A stretch of 64,000 bases of DNA from Lytechinus pictus (Eukaryota): the NCBI RefSeq assembly GCF_037042905.1, contig NW_026974151.1, positions 248,001 to 312,000 of the forward strand. Reading direction: 5' to 3'. Below are positions 25,801 to 37,989 of the stretch, piece after piece. A program made the position numbers and the translations under genes. The notes under the pieces were generated by a model that worked only from the letters and a program-made list of their open reading frames with translations, was not told the DNA's origin and did no database searches. Each line of letters opens with the position of its first letter. Position 1 is the stretch's first letter.

Positions 25801-28800
25801 ATGAAATACATGATTGAAAACTTAATGTTGGTTCCTCCAGTTGAGCGGGCATTGGGAACAAGAATTGATCACAAGTTGGACAGAAAAACTGGCCAAACAA
25901 ACCAAGTAGTTGTCACAGAGACATTCCAGTACCTCCCTATGCTAGAAGTTCTCAAACTTGTACTGAAACCAGATGTAAGAGCCCTCATTGACTCAGAAAT
26001 TAAATCACCAGAAGGCATCTTAAGGGGATATATGGATGGCACACAATATCATCAGCATGAAGTGTTGCATAATCACCCACATGCTCTTAGAATTGTACTC
26101 TACTATGACGATGTGGAAGTCGTTAACCCTCTAGGGAGCAAAAAGGGCCTCCACAAATTGGGCCTGTTTTATTACAGCATTCAAAATTTCCCACCATGTT
26201 ACAATTCCACTATGAACAGTATATTTCTTCTAGCAGTATGTTATAGCTCAGACGTGAAGAAATATGGCTTCAATGCTATTTTGCGACCATTTCTTGATGA
26301 AATGAAAAGACTTGAAAGTGAAAATGGCGTAGAGATCCTCATTAATGATAACATGATAGAGGTTCATGGTACTTTGGTCTCATTTGTTGGGGACTCACTT
26401 GCAGCACATGATATTTTGGGTTTTCTAAGCCCATCAGCAAGAAAGCTGTGCAGGTTGTGCAAAGCGACTCGAGAAGAAGCCCAAACTAAGTTTTCAGAAG
26501 AGGACTTTCAACTGCGTGAAATGGATGAACATGATGAAATAGCTCAGCGTGCTGCCAACAGGGGACGTGGTGATCCAGATAGTGGCATAAGAAATGAATG
26601 CCCATTGAATAGGTTGAGTTCTTTCCACTGTGTGAATAATTTTAACTTTGATGTTATGCATGACCTACTTGAGGGAGTGTGTCAGTATGAGATTAAACTC
26701 ATACTTAACCAACTTCTCTTTGTTGATCACTTCTTAACATTGGGTGAACTTAATCACCGCTTATCATCTTTTCATTATGCTTTCAACGATAAGAAAAACA
26801 AGCCAACTTGCCTTTCAATGGAACGAATAAGGAATGCACAAGACCACAAATTGGGTGAAAAGGCCTCCCAAATGTGGTGTCTAACTAGGATGTTGCCTCT
26901 GCTGATTGGGGATCTTATTCCTCAGGACAACATGCACTATGAACTACTACTGTTGCTGTTACAGTGCTTGGATATAAGTTATTCACCAGTAGTTTCTATA
27001 CCTCAGACTGTAATACTGAAATACCTGATTTGCGATCATCACAGTCATTTCAAGCTCGTTTTTCCTGAAAGCCGAATGATAAACAAGCACCATCACATGG
27101 TGCACTACCCGATGTGCATGAGAATGTGTGGACCACTAGTACTTTCACAATGTCTACGGTTTGAAATTAAGCACAATTTCGGCAAGAGATTGGCTGCAAT
27201 TAATTGTAATTTCAAAAACATTTGCAAAAGCATCGCTGCCAAGCACCAGGTGATTCAGTGTGCTGTTTGGATGGGAAAAGGTCTAAGAGAAGATTTTGAA
27301 GGCATTAATGGAAGTGTTGTTACAGTTTCATCATTGGAAGGAAGTCAGTGTATCATTGAAAGCCTTCACCTTCATGAGGACACTGAAATCTTTTCAGCCA
27401 GTAAAGTTACAGTGTATGGAATCGAGTACATTCCTAACCTCTACTTGGCAACAGCCATTGATGATGATGAACCACAGTTTAGTCGAATAGTGGTTATTTT
27501 GGTCCCAGGGACAACAGCAGGAGACATCAAATTTGTTGTTAGAAAGTGTTGGAATAGAGGGTTTTTCCGCCATTTCCATGCCTTCTGTGTCCAAGAAATG
27601 GAGATGTTTGAGTACAGTTTGGTGACGCTTGATGACCTTATTGATCATGTGCCTTTGACTGCATTATCATCCTACGAGAACAACAGTTCAAGAGTGTACC
27701 TGTGCCCTCGACATAGTCTAATACAACATAGGTACATATGAATTCAATGATGTGATTATACATGTATGCTCCTGCCCCATTAATGAATTTTGAGTTTTGT
27801 ATTAATATAACTTTTTAGGGGGGGGCCTCGCAAACCAAAGTTGGCATGCACACGAAAATGTGCACAAAGAGAACATTAGACCTCATCTATGAAAAAAAAA
27901 ATAAAAAAGGCTTTTGGACATTTTCAAGTTGTTCATGTCTATGAATTTCTTACATGTACATGTATAGTTCATCATCTAGATCAATTTTCAGTTTGAATAA
28001 ATTATAAATCAAGAGGGAGACCTGACTGGCTTACAACCAAACTTTACATGTATATCTCACTTAATTAGCTTTTTCTTTCATACACAAAATAATCAAAATA
28101 AATTCATATTTTTGTTCGGGTTGGTCTTTGGTCATGAACGATCACATGCATAATTGCATGTACTTCTATCAAATGATGTCTGATTTTAAAAATGTAGTGT
28201 TCAAAGAAAATAAAAACTTTAAAGAAAAGGGTGAAATTGCACCGCTGAAAACGTGGAGGATTACTCATCAAAATTTGCCTATTGCCCCCCCCCCCTCCCC
28301 TGCACATTTTTGGTTAATACATGTACATAAAATATGTACATTGTACATGTATAGTATTTCCTAAATTTCACTTGTGCATCTTTCCTTTTTCCCCGTATAG
28401 AGAATGATGTTGACCTAGAGGTTCTACGCACAATGTCAGAGGGGGATCTTGAGAAACTCGGAATATCGTTTGGGTTGAGACGAAAATTGACTCTGGCAAT
28501 TAGTAAGTCACAAAAACAACTGGAGAGTACCACTGATGGAGTCGTTATGCATGTAAGTATTTTCTTTTGTAGTCCGATTATGTACTTTAAATAAATGTAT
28601 GTCGGAATATGAAATGCTATAAATGAAGAATGTGTTATTTTTTTGTAAAGATGGATGATTTAGATTAGCTTCAGTTGCCTTTAATGCTGTCATGTATTGA
28701 TGTCAAGTGCGGTTGTGTAAAGGTTGAGCTAGAAGTTGGTTAAATTTTGATTGTCTTTATTGCATTATACTACATGTAGGTGTAAAAAAAAATTAAAAAT

Positions 28801-31800
28801 TGACACTTATGATATCTAATAACTCAAAAGTGAACTGTTATCAAGCTCAAATTTTTTTGTTTTTTTGTCTTGGTTTCTCAACAAGTGAAAAACTCATATA
28901 ATATTCCAACATCATTTTATCAAGTTTTATTTGAAGGAATGTCATGAATGAATGTCAATCCATAGTAATTTTTTTTTTCTGTGATTAATTTGTATTTGTA
29001 TTTTTTTTTAATTTTTTATTTTTTCATTTTTACCCATAGGATGTTCCAGCAACTTCTGATAGCCCAGTTCCCAAAAAATTGAAAAGTGTAATGGTAAGCT
29101 GTATTCCCTAATGCTATTTACAAGATTTAGTTATGTCTTCAAATTTGAAATAAAACAATGAAAAAATTAACTCGGTATGATGGTGAAAATTTCCTTGTTT
29201 AAATTTATTGGTACCCATTCCAGGTCAGTTATCCCAATTTGAAAACACTCATTTGTTTGGTACAAAAGAAAAATCGAAATAGTTTTCAACTGAATTAAAG
29301 TTTTTGGCATTTTAACATAAATAGAATGGAACTAAAACTGCTTGAGCTAAATGTACTTTGATATTAGCTAATAAGACCATATTTTATCCCTAAATGTACT
29401 GAAATAAGTTTGTTTCTTTTTTGGCCATGAATAATGCCACTTGAAAAAATATAATGGAATGCTTACATGATGTTTTAAATTTGTACAGTATCTGTAATAT
29501 GATAAAATCATACTTTTAGTTCAGATAATAATTGTCAATATATCATCAATGAATTAACACACGGCGTTACTTTTACAGAATCTCAAAGAAGCAATGAATA
29601 ATTCATCTGAAGGACGAGAGCTAGTGAAGCATCTTGATGGTGGTTCTACATTGTCTACCAAGCAAAGGAAGGCACTAGTGAAGATGGCTGTTGGACATCT
29701 TGTGGACCTACATGGCTTGTAAGTAGTGAACACTCGATGTAAATTACACATAAACTGCCCATGAAAACTACATTGAATGAATTTCCTTACTGTTGTTAAT
29801 ACTTTTTACATGCAGCTTTATATACGACCTCAAAGGTAAAAAGGCTAGGCTATTTTGGTGAACTCTCAGTGGGGGGAGGGGGAATCTTTGCCTTGGATTG
29901 ACCACAACTGGTCATGTAGAAAAAGCATCCAATAATGAATAAGCCTGTTAAAGTTCATACCCTTATCTCAAATGGTTTTTGAACAAATTATAGGCTAATT
30001 TGGGCCACTCATAGCATGGTACCTGATGGTCAAGACTTCCTAAATTTATATCAAAATATGTGTATTACTCTAAGCGCTAAAGTCATGAAAATGAGATAGA
30101 GATGTTTGGAAAAGTTTGTTTTGCAAATTTTCGAAATTCCAGACCACAAGACTGTCCATGTCAAACTCATCTTACTACCATATGTCCATAAACAGTCAAT
30201 GGCTGCTTGTATAATTTTTCTTTTTTCTTTCTTTTAAACATTCATGAAGGTGGCCACCAACTAAACAGAAGACCTTGTTGGCTAAAGAGATAGTTAGTAC
30301 ATGGCCTTCAACCAAAGATACCACACCTGGAATGGAAGGGCATGTAAGTAAACATTGAATGTTAACATATAGAAAAAATTGAAATGGTGACATACATGTT
30401 CATGTGCATGCTTGTACTTAGTTCATATGGTTTAATGAAATATGTATTAAGAGAACAATGTGCCAAATATTTTTTGTTATATAGATGATTTTATATTGTA
30501 AATATTAAAAAAAAAATACACAAACTATGAATTTTAGTAGGCTTCATGGGAGTATTTCTTCAAGAATTTTTAGTGTAACTCCAGTTAGATCGAATGCACT
30601 ATCTGGATATGAATGAAAAACAAGTCAGAGAAAATCTTGGAGCCAGGAGGGATTCGAACCTGCAACATCTGCTATCCGGGCAGCGACTACACCACCAGGC
30701 CATCTCTGGTCCATGGAATAGACACGATGAATTAGAATCAAATATCCTGAGTCTCTTAATTCTGATTTATTAATATCCATGGTCCCCAGTAGGACAATAT
30801 GAATCCTACTAACATTCATAACCTATTGTCCTACTGGGGACCCTGAATATTAATAAGTCAAAATTAAGAGATTCAGAGATATTTGATTCTAATTCATCGT
30901 GTTTATTCCACAAACCAGAGATGGCCTGGTGGTATAGTCGCTGCCCAGATAGCAGATTCAAATCCCTCCTGGTTCTTCTTAAAAAACACAAAATATGTAA
31001 TTGAATCTCTAAACATTCAAACTCATCATTTAAGTTAAAAATACCAGGATTTCTGTATGTGACGTTCTTATCAGGTGAACACTCTGCAATATGCCCTATG
31101 TACAGTAACCAGCATTGGATGCTCTTGTGATTCACTTGTAAAGACCCTAGGTTTATTTCTTCCATGTGGGTGTGACCTTCTTTTAGTGATTTTTTAATCT
31201 AAAATGCTATGAGTCAGACAGAACACATGAGCAGAATAAGCAAAATTCACTTACAAATTTGAATTTATTACTGTTGTTCATGAATGATATCTGTTTAGCT
31301 AACTATACAGGTATTTATTCTCAAACAAAAAAACAAAAAAATGTATTTTTAAAAATTAATTTTGGTGTGTTGCTATTACATCCTAATACTGGAAGTTCTT
31401 TTTTTTTTTCTTCTTCTTCTTCAATGAAGGAACATTTCTTCTCACATGATGGGTCTGGATTCATCCAGTACAGACTAAAAAATGTGAGAACATCTCAAAA
31501 TGAAAGAATGAAGACTCCAAAAAAGAAGTCTGAGAAAGAAATGAATGAAACCTCAGCAGATGAAGCAGATGAAGCAGCCACTGATGCATTCCAACAGCAG
31601 GATATCCAGCAAAAGGTAATGGATAACTAAAAGATGTATGTGATGTTTCATGAGAATTGTATCAGAGATACTTGTGGATCATGTTTATCAAGAGATGGGT
31701 GTTAAATTGGTTTAAGAAGTCTATAAGAAGAGTAATCATTTTTGTGTATTTGGTTTTGAACCTGTAAGTATGGGAAGCCACTAAAACAGCATACTTCCTC

Positions 31801-34800
31801 TTATACCCTCTCTCCTTTCTTTCTTCCCCTCCTTCTCATTGTTTTTCACTTTTGCATGTGCTTACTGCCATGTTTCCATTCCGTTCATCATCTCCTTATA
31901 GAGCACTTTACAAGTTATAAGTAACTGACCAAAAATCTTGCTGTGTATTACCCTGGTCATTGGATTCAATCTCGATTCTGCATTAACAGTTCAGGGTTCA
32001 GTTTGTCTGCCATTCTCCCTTTATTTGTGTCTGTCTGCATTGTAGGTGAGTGTGTCATTTGAAATGTGGACTATTTGTGGTTGAGGCTGTCATTTTTCAA
32101 AGAGGGTCCCAAATATGGGGATTAACCTGGACAATGATTTTATGATCTCAGGATATGCACATTTCCTGACCATCTTACAGATTACTGACATTGATTTAGG
32201 AATTACATGCACTTTATGAGGAAAAAGCATTTTATGGTTTCTTTTCATTGTTTTATAACCCTTCTAGGAGCATGTCACATTTTCATTTGCAGTATCTTAT
32301 TCTTGTTTCAGATTGATTGGATGAAGTTTTCACCACCTCATCGTGGAAATATGTCTATGCACATGGAGTATTTCGAGGACACGCACAAGTACAGACGGCA
32401 CATCATTATGGATAGTGGTAATCCTATCACTATTACAGAAGTGTTGACTTTGTTTCCGAGATATCAAGACATTCCACAGTTGGTAAGTTATTTGTGTTAT
32501 GAAATTATCATGTCATTACTCTCACATCATTGATACTTTTGAATTTCTTTTATTTTTTAGAGGTGGTCAGGAAAGAAATTTGGGCTAAATTGTATCCCCC
32601 GAACAGAGTTTTTAGTGTGGGTGGGGTCATCGTTGCCATGGTAACATTTTTTGTGGAAATATTTTATAACCTGTAACTTTTGCTGTTTTTTGCCCAACTG
32701 TCATGATATTTGGTAAACAGGACCGATATAACATGGAGTTGTCAAAAATGGAATTTTCAGAAGTGCCACGCCAAAGCGTTACCATGGCAACCACACATTT
32801 TCTTGTGAGCGCTCTACCGGCTGCAGTTCTTCTCGGATTATCTTCAAATTTGGCGTGAAGGTGCATTATGATAAAGGGAAGACACCTATCAATTTTGGTG
32901 TGGTGGTAGGACAGTTTTGGGGATACATGTGCTTGGACGGGTACCCCGAGTGCTCTAGTTAATTTGCAAATTTAGAACCAAAATATTATTACCCAAATCA
33001 TCGGGAGCAATAGAAATATAATTGTGATGACTACTGCGCCTTATAATTTGAAAGTGTCTGCACTTTTGGGGCAATTATGCTTTCATTACATCTATGTGTA
33101 TAGATTAAATCTGTGGGTGATGAAGTGATAATAAAATACTGGCTTGAGTTACTCTTAAGGGATATGGAATATATTGCCCTTGAAATGATATTGTACTTGC
33201 CTTCTCTTGATTGTAGCTCTGTCAAAAATGTCTGATATCCCCCTAAAGTCCATCCAATATTATGTAAGTATTTTAATTGTTTTTGATAAAATTATTTTGT
33301 CATCCATTTGCATTGTTTCCCCAGATTGGAATAGATTTCTCCATGATGCACAAAGCTGAATCGGAAAAGTTCATTACCCAATGGTCAACCTTGAGAGAGA
33401 AAATCATACTCCTGGGCCAGAAAGAATATCATAGCGTCAAGCAAGTGATAGAGCGTTACCAGGATACGGACAGTAGGTTCATGATTTTACTTCATTTCTT
33501 GAATTTGAATCAACTCATGGTTTTAAGACCTCATGCATCGTTGAACTTATCATAGGTCCCTGGAAGTTCTTGGAAATATTTTCAAAAGTTTTATTTTCAG
33601 AATTTATTCATTCCAGAGTAAATAGTAATTCATGCACAGTAATGTTGTATTTTTCACTGAATTTATCCTTCATAATTTTATTGTGAGCGCAAAGCGCGAG
33701 CCGAAAATTTTAGAGCTCCCAAAGGAAGCAAATTATGCATCATAATGAACCTGAATACCAAATTGATGATCGACAAAGGTATTGATTTACATTTTACATG
33801 TTTAATGAAATGTTTTTTGGTATAAAAACACGGAAAAAGAGCATGAAATTTTGTCATGGAAATTTTTTTTTTTTTTTTTTTTGGGGGGGGGGCTGCAGCC
33901 CCCCCCCCCCACTCAAGCTCCCCCACCGGTACGCCAGTGGCAGCATGGATTTTTTTTTTCTATTCAAATGGTGACATGTGATCAATAGATCACCTTGTTA
34001 AATTCTCCTAAGGTATAAAGGTCTTAAAAATATTCTACTTTATTCATTTTTATTTATTCATGTTTCAGGAGATCTTTGTGCACTTCTGGTTGTTCTCTAT
34101 GTGCTCCATCGGCCTGTGACAAAATCGAAGGTCAACTGTAGCAGGTCTGCTGCAGTGCAGTACCTGATACAGCATGTGCCAGTGAGTAATTGTTGGTTTC
34201 CTTTCGATTCTGAAAATTTTGCACTACTACATTATTAGACATGGTTCTTGGATATATGATCTACATGTAGATGATTATGTCATACATATCTTAGCCTCTC
34301 TCATAGTAATAGCCACACTAAGGTCAAGAGTCATTTGTGAGTTGTGATAAGGTAAATTTACCTTTTTGTGGGTCTTGGTAACTGTCCCTTTGTGCTATAC
34401 ATGTAACTATACAATCATTATTGTAGACTGAAATGCCACCCACACTAAAATACACACACCCTGAAAAAAAAATCCTCTTTCAAAATGCTGATATCTTTGA
34501 ATTAAAGGTAATCTTGAGTATTGGTAATGTAAAAAAATATTGTCCCACAGAATCACAAGAAATTTACACTGAATGTTCGGAACTATAAATAAATGACAAC
34601 TGCCAAGTTATTTTGAAAGAAAATGTATAACAGCTGAGTAATGAGCAAATGAAGACAATTTTGACGTCCCGTCAAAATGAGCTTGCCTCGCTCAGCTATG
34701 CAGCGACCACGTGCAAAGCATATGTGGACATATGTGGACATATTTAACCACTTTCATTCCGATTTATTTTTCATTACCACAACTCAAGATTATCTTTAAG

Positions 34801-35178
34801 CAGGATGCAGGATAATGTTGTCATTAACATCTACATATATATGTTTTCAAATTCTAATTACAGCAAGGAACAAACATGGAGGAAGCTATAAACAAGATCA
34901 AGAAGGAATACAGGCAGCCCCTCATAGTAGCCCTCGGAAAGGAGACTGGACAGAAGCAGTACTTCTTGTGCCTGGACAGCATTCCTGTGAGCGCCGGGGC
35001 AACAATAGTGGAAGCTTTTGACAAGTTATTCAAATGTTTTTTCATCTTTGGCGTTACCTATCCTGACATTCTCTCCCATTTCTACGATTATTTTGCGGCG
35101 TTTGTCTACGAAATTTGGCCAACGCAGAGGGTTAAGCCTACTGTGCGTTCATTTGCATGTGCCATTAAGTCCTCTTAA
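19897..35178 (+). CDS. SAM-domain accessory protein of transposon B (SAMD3-like), 10 exons, 483 aa
   Basis: Exons 19897-19975, 28401-28552, 29040-29093, 29579-29718, 30250-30343, 31430-31615, 32312-32482, 33325-33472, 34069-34181, 34864-35178. All GT-AG, 1452 nt in total, one open frame. SAM signature LEENDVDLEVLRTMSEGDLEKLGISFGLRRKL spans exons 1-2. Confidence 0.88.
20632..23744 (+). mobile_element. LINE (CR1-group/RTE-X-like) with internal deletion, inserted in intron 1 of element B
   Basis: PHD finger (CQICNKAAKWGQDCIQCDSCNGWFHKVC...WICCDC), start of APE (NVNCQSV, GTESWL), RT (DFSKAFD, GVPQGTVLGP, FADD), 3' tail (ACAAG)4. The 5' boundary is approximate: it interrupts a GAGCAAGAA..TTGTTATTTTAACA intron repeat also seen at 20284. 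Confidence 0.88.
21278..23660 (+). pseudogene. LINE ORF (PHD-APE-RT) with most of the endonuclease deleted
   Basis: ORF 21278-22294 stops matching APE after YNVFRNDR. The sequence jumps near 22240 to pre-RT IIYQKSIVTGDLPKEW in another frame (ORF 22122-23660). Confidence 0.85.
25210..27741 (+). CDS. EnSpm/CMC-type DDE transposase, 843 aa, intronless, apparently intact
   Basis: Two N-terminal C2H2 fingers (CLKC..HLRMSH; CGQNGC..HIRRHH), YYDDVEVVNPLG, VGDSLAAHDILGF, CRLC, DVMHDLLEG, KHHHMVHYP, CLRFEIKH. Lies between matching CACTC TIRs. Confidence 0.92.
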   Translation: MELLCLKCGRLIHADTVREYARHLRMSHAVFGNGETLVCGQNGCMRTFTLMNSLLRHIRRHHAHMPVAHNDPLHGDFVHEEDDDEGEDDQANYDEDVEDAEHVYEPEDFNLGSLKKLAMNLVIKLRSSTSTTYSTIQSVITCTKNMFQETLSSLRQRMITVMQHHGIDTNSPDVQELNHQFQELENPYMGIETPGQQMKYMIENLMLVPPVERALGTRIDHKLDRKTGQTNQVVVTETFQYLPMLEVLKLVLKPDVRALIDSEIKSPEGILRGYMDGTQYHQHEVLHNHPHALRIVLYYDDVEVVNPLGSKKGLHKLGLFYYSIQNFPPCYNSTMNSIFLLAVCYSSDVKKYGFNAILRPFLDEMKRLESENGVEILINDNMIEVHGTLVSFVGDSLAAHDILGFLSPSARKLCRLCKATREEAQTKFSEEDFQLREMDEHDEIAQRAANRGRGDPDSGIRNECPLNRLSSFHCVNNFNFDVMHDLLEGVCQYEIKLILNQLLFVDHFLTLGELNHRLSSFHYAFNDKKNKPTCLSMERIRNAQDHKLGEKASQMWCLTRMLPLLIGDLIPQDNMHYELLLLLLQCLDISYSPVVSIPQTVILKYLICDHHSHFKLVFPESRMINKHHHMVHYPMCMRMCGPLVLSQCLRFEIKHNFGKRLAAINCNFKNICKSIAAKHQVIQCAVWMGKGLREDFEGINGSVVTVSSLEGSQCIIESLHLHEDTEIFSASKVTVYGIEYIPNLYLATAIDDDEPQFSRIVVILVPGTTAGDIKFVVRKCWNRGFFRHFHAFCVQEMEMFEYSLVTLDDLIDHVPLTALSSYENNSSRVYLCPRHSLIQHRYI
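30639..30976. repeat. Palindromic element with tRNA-like (A/B box) outer ends
   Basis: Arms ~30639-30800 and ~30825-30976. The left arm on - reads ACCAGAGATGGCCTGGTGGTGTAGTC...GCAGGTTCGAATCCCTCCTGGCTCC. The right arm is the same sequence with a short deletion before the B box. Confidence 0.75.
32575..32960. repeat. Dispersed repeat with GTTGCCATGGTAAC / TTTTGGTGTGGG motifs
   Basis: Related copies at ~49100-49490 and ~62570-63010 (AATTGTATCCCCCGAA, GCTCTACCGGCTGCAGTTCTTCT). Confidence 0.7.
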
Positions 35179-35186
35179 TTTACTCT

Positions 35187-37968
35187 TAGTCCAAGAGCAT
35201 TAAGTCAAAATAGGCCCAAACCTGGACATTTCTCATAACAAACTGATTTTCCTGATGATTTTCAGGATAGGTCTAGGAATATGTGTATAAAAAAGTCTTG
35301 ACAAAACTCTATCTATAGCGATCCTTAAGTATTTACTTGTGTTGTTGTGTATCATAATACATTATTAAGTATATAGTGAAAAGTGAGTATAATTGACATA
35401 AAATGGACAATATTCCTTGAAGTTTGGTCTCATCCATGCTATATGGCTATCATATTCCTATATAATCATCAATCCTGGATTTAGTCGGTAATATAGGAGT
35501 AAAATACCTTGACTTGCCCCATAACAATGTGAATTTTTCCAATATTTTTAAAGCTACAATCTCAACATCATTCATGTGTGATTAGACTTGTCAAATGGGA
35601 CTGAACATACTTATCATTCTCAACCATGCTTTTTCAATTTTTCTCGGCATATTATGTGTTGTGCAATCGTTTTGGGAATACAATTCTAAGAATTAATAAT
35701 GCGTTTATTTGTACCATGACTTAACAAGGTCCAATTACTGCATAGTAATAGTGTGCTGAATAGCACAGAGACAGAAAATAGGCCTAATCATGGTCATGGA
35801 TATATGGGCCAACATATATCCATGTATAGTAAAATTGATGTTATATATTCATAATCGTATAAAGCTATGCCTCTATAGTGTTCTTTAACAGAGGAATAAT
35901 GAAGAGAAACCATCTGAATCTAACGTGGAGAAGGTTTACGGTACACCATGTGGGTAGTCCTGAAAAGGACTGTTGGGAGGATAAGATGAATAGAGAAAAT
36001 AGTGAGAATAATATAGGAAGAGAGGGCGAAGGTGAGAAGGAAGAGAGGAAAGGGAGATATTCTTTCGTGAGAATTGGTGAGTCCTAAAAAGGATCGTAAA
36101 CCAGATGAGAAGAGTAGGAGAGTAGAGTCTTGGCGGCGATGAGTAGAAGCGATGAAGACTCATCTCTTCATCGCGTCTACTCATCGCCGCCAAGACTCTA
36201 CTCTCCTACTCTTCTCATCTGGTTTACAGCCCTTTTTAGGACTCACCAATTCTCACGAAAGAATATCTCCCTTTCCTCTCTTCCTTCTCACCTTCGCCCT
36301 CTCTTCCTATATTATTCTCACTATTTTCTCTATTCATCTTATCCTCCCAACAGTCCTTTTCAGGACTACCCACATGGTGTACCGTAAACCTTCTCCACGT
36401 TATCTCAACCACCATGCAAACCTTCAAAGAACATCTGAATCTAGTTTACACTTCCATTCATTCAGTGTAAATAGAACATGACAGACGGGATTTTATCATT
36501 CTGTGTCTGATATGAACCAAAAACATGTACATTATAAGGACATTTAGCCAGTTTGGACTACAATATTAAACTTCGGAAATTCTTTGTGTATGATAAATAC
36601 ACTGCTTTTGAATTAAATCGTATTCTAAGACTAAAAGTAACCAAAAAATTAATGGTCAATAATAATGTAATATGTGGAGTGCATAACCGGGCAATACCAA
36701 GTTCTTCCTGTCTGATGGACTTGTACCTGTATACATTATAGAAACAATGGGCTTCCTAGAATTTCTGTCATAAAGACAAGAAAATCCCTTCCCTAAAGAA
36801 CTCCTTATAATTTCCAAAATAATAATTATTTTCGGATTACATCTACCAAAAGGTGATTCCTGTGGTTATCAGGGAATTGTTTTAACATTTGAATTATTTT
36901 CTCAAAGGCTGACTGAGCACAGCTTTTGAAGACAAAATGACCCAGTATCAAAAGTCACAAAATCAAGAGGGATAACTACCTTCCAACAGTTGTGTGAAAA
37001 ACCATTAACTCATTTATTTTGTACTCGGTTCATGCCCAGTCAACTCATAGCTTTGATGAATAAGCCTGATGTGAATTCCAAAAGAAATTGATGACTACCT
37101 TTCTCACACAGAGGATGGAGTCACATGACTTTGTGGATATTGATATTGGTTCATTTTGTCTTCAATTGGTGATCAGTCAGCCATTGAGTAATGAATACGT
37201 CCAATCTGTACGCAACCGTAGGATAAATTGTTACCTTAGAAATTAAAAGGAGTTATTGAGTGTTTAATAATATCATGCGAGATTAAAGGCCGTACAGGAC
37301 ACTATCGGGTTATATTGAATACTTGAATCTACTTCAGTCTCTACCCCTTGAAGCATACGTCTATTGCTACATTGCAAGATACTTTCTGTGTTTGTCTAGT
37401 TAGTTTGGTAGCAAAGTCATTCCAACTTTGACAAATAGCATTATATTTGTCAGCAATTTGGGGTTCCATTTTAGTATAATGGGGGGGGGGGGCGGCTGTA
37501 TATTGATTTTTTTTTTTTGTATTAATGAATTCTCAAATCTCTCAATGAAGACTTAATTGAATTCCTTGTGCATCGAAACATATATTTAGATGCCTTATTT
37601 TTTAGATCATCTTGTAAAATTATAATATATTTGAAAAATGGTGGCCATTTTGGAAGCCATTTTGGGCGCCATCTTGTTTTGGGCATTTTGAGAGCTTTCA
37701 GTAATGATTTCATCTGATTCCTTGTGCCATTAAACATATGTTTAGACACTTCATTTGTATTTCCAGCATGACTACCTGCTAAAATATTGATAAAAATTGA
37801 AAATGGCAGCCATTTTGGACGCCATCTTGGATTTCGGAAAAGCGACACTTGGGATTTTCGGGGACTTTTAGTATCGGTATGTTATTCTACACATATTTCT
37901 AAACCTATCCTGAAAGAATTCACCTTGTTATGAAAAATGTCCAGGTTGAAGCTAATACTCTTGGCCTA
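35187..37968. mobile_element. Non-autonomous TIR element with TAG...CTA ends (Academ-like, tentative)
   Basis: Left TAGTCCAAGAGCATTA...AACCTGGACATTTCTCATAACAA...CAGGATAGGTCTAGGAATATGTGTA. Right, reverse-complemented: TAGGCCAAGAGTATTA...AACCTGGACATTTTTCATAACAA...CAGGATAGGTTTAGAAATATGTGTA. No clear TSD. Confidence 0.65.
35923..36400. repeat. Near-perfect foldback (two ~236-bp arms, 6-nt loop), TA-flanked
   Basis: TA|ACGTGGAGAAGGTTTACGGTACACC...GCGATGAAGA-CTCATC-TCTTCATCGC...GGTGTACCGTAAACCTTCTCCACGT|TA. Mirror ORFs appear on both strands. Confidence 0.92.
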
Positions 37969-37989
37969 TATATAGATCTTACAGTCCAG

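Noticed and set aside
30639-30712. Functional tRNA gene
   Set aside because: A and B boxes are present but I cannot fold a convincing cloverleaf, and it is one arm of a palindrome.
19897-35178. Assigning the host gene symbol SAMD3
   Set aside because: The gene lies within transposon TIRs, a paralogue lies in element A, and the similarity is from memory only.
35878-36481. Mirror-image ORFs (MAAMSR..., ...TWRRFTVHHVG...) as duplicated genes
   Set aside because: By-products of the foldback palindrome. No splice or codon evidence.
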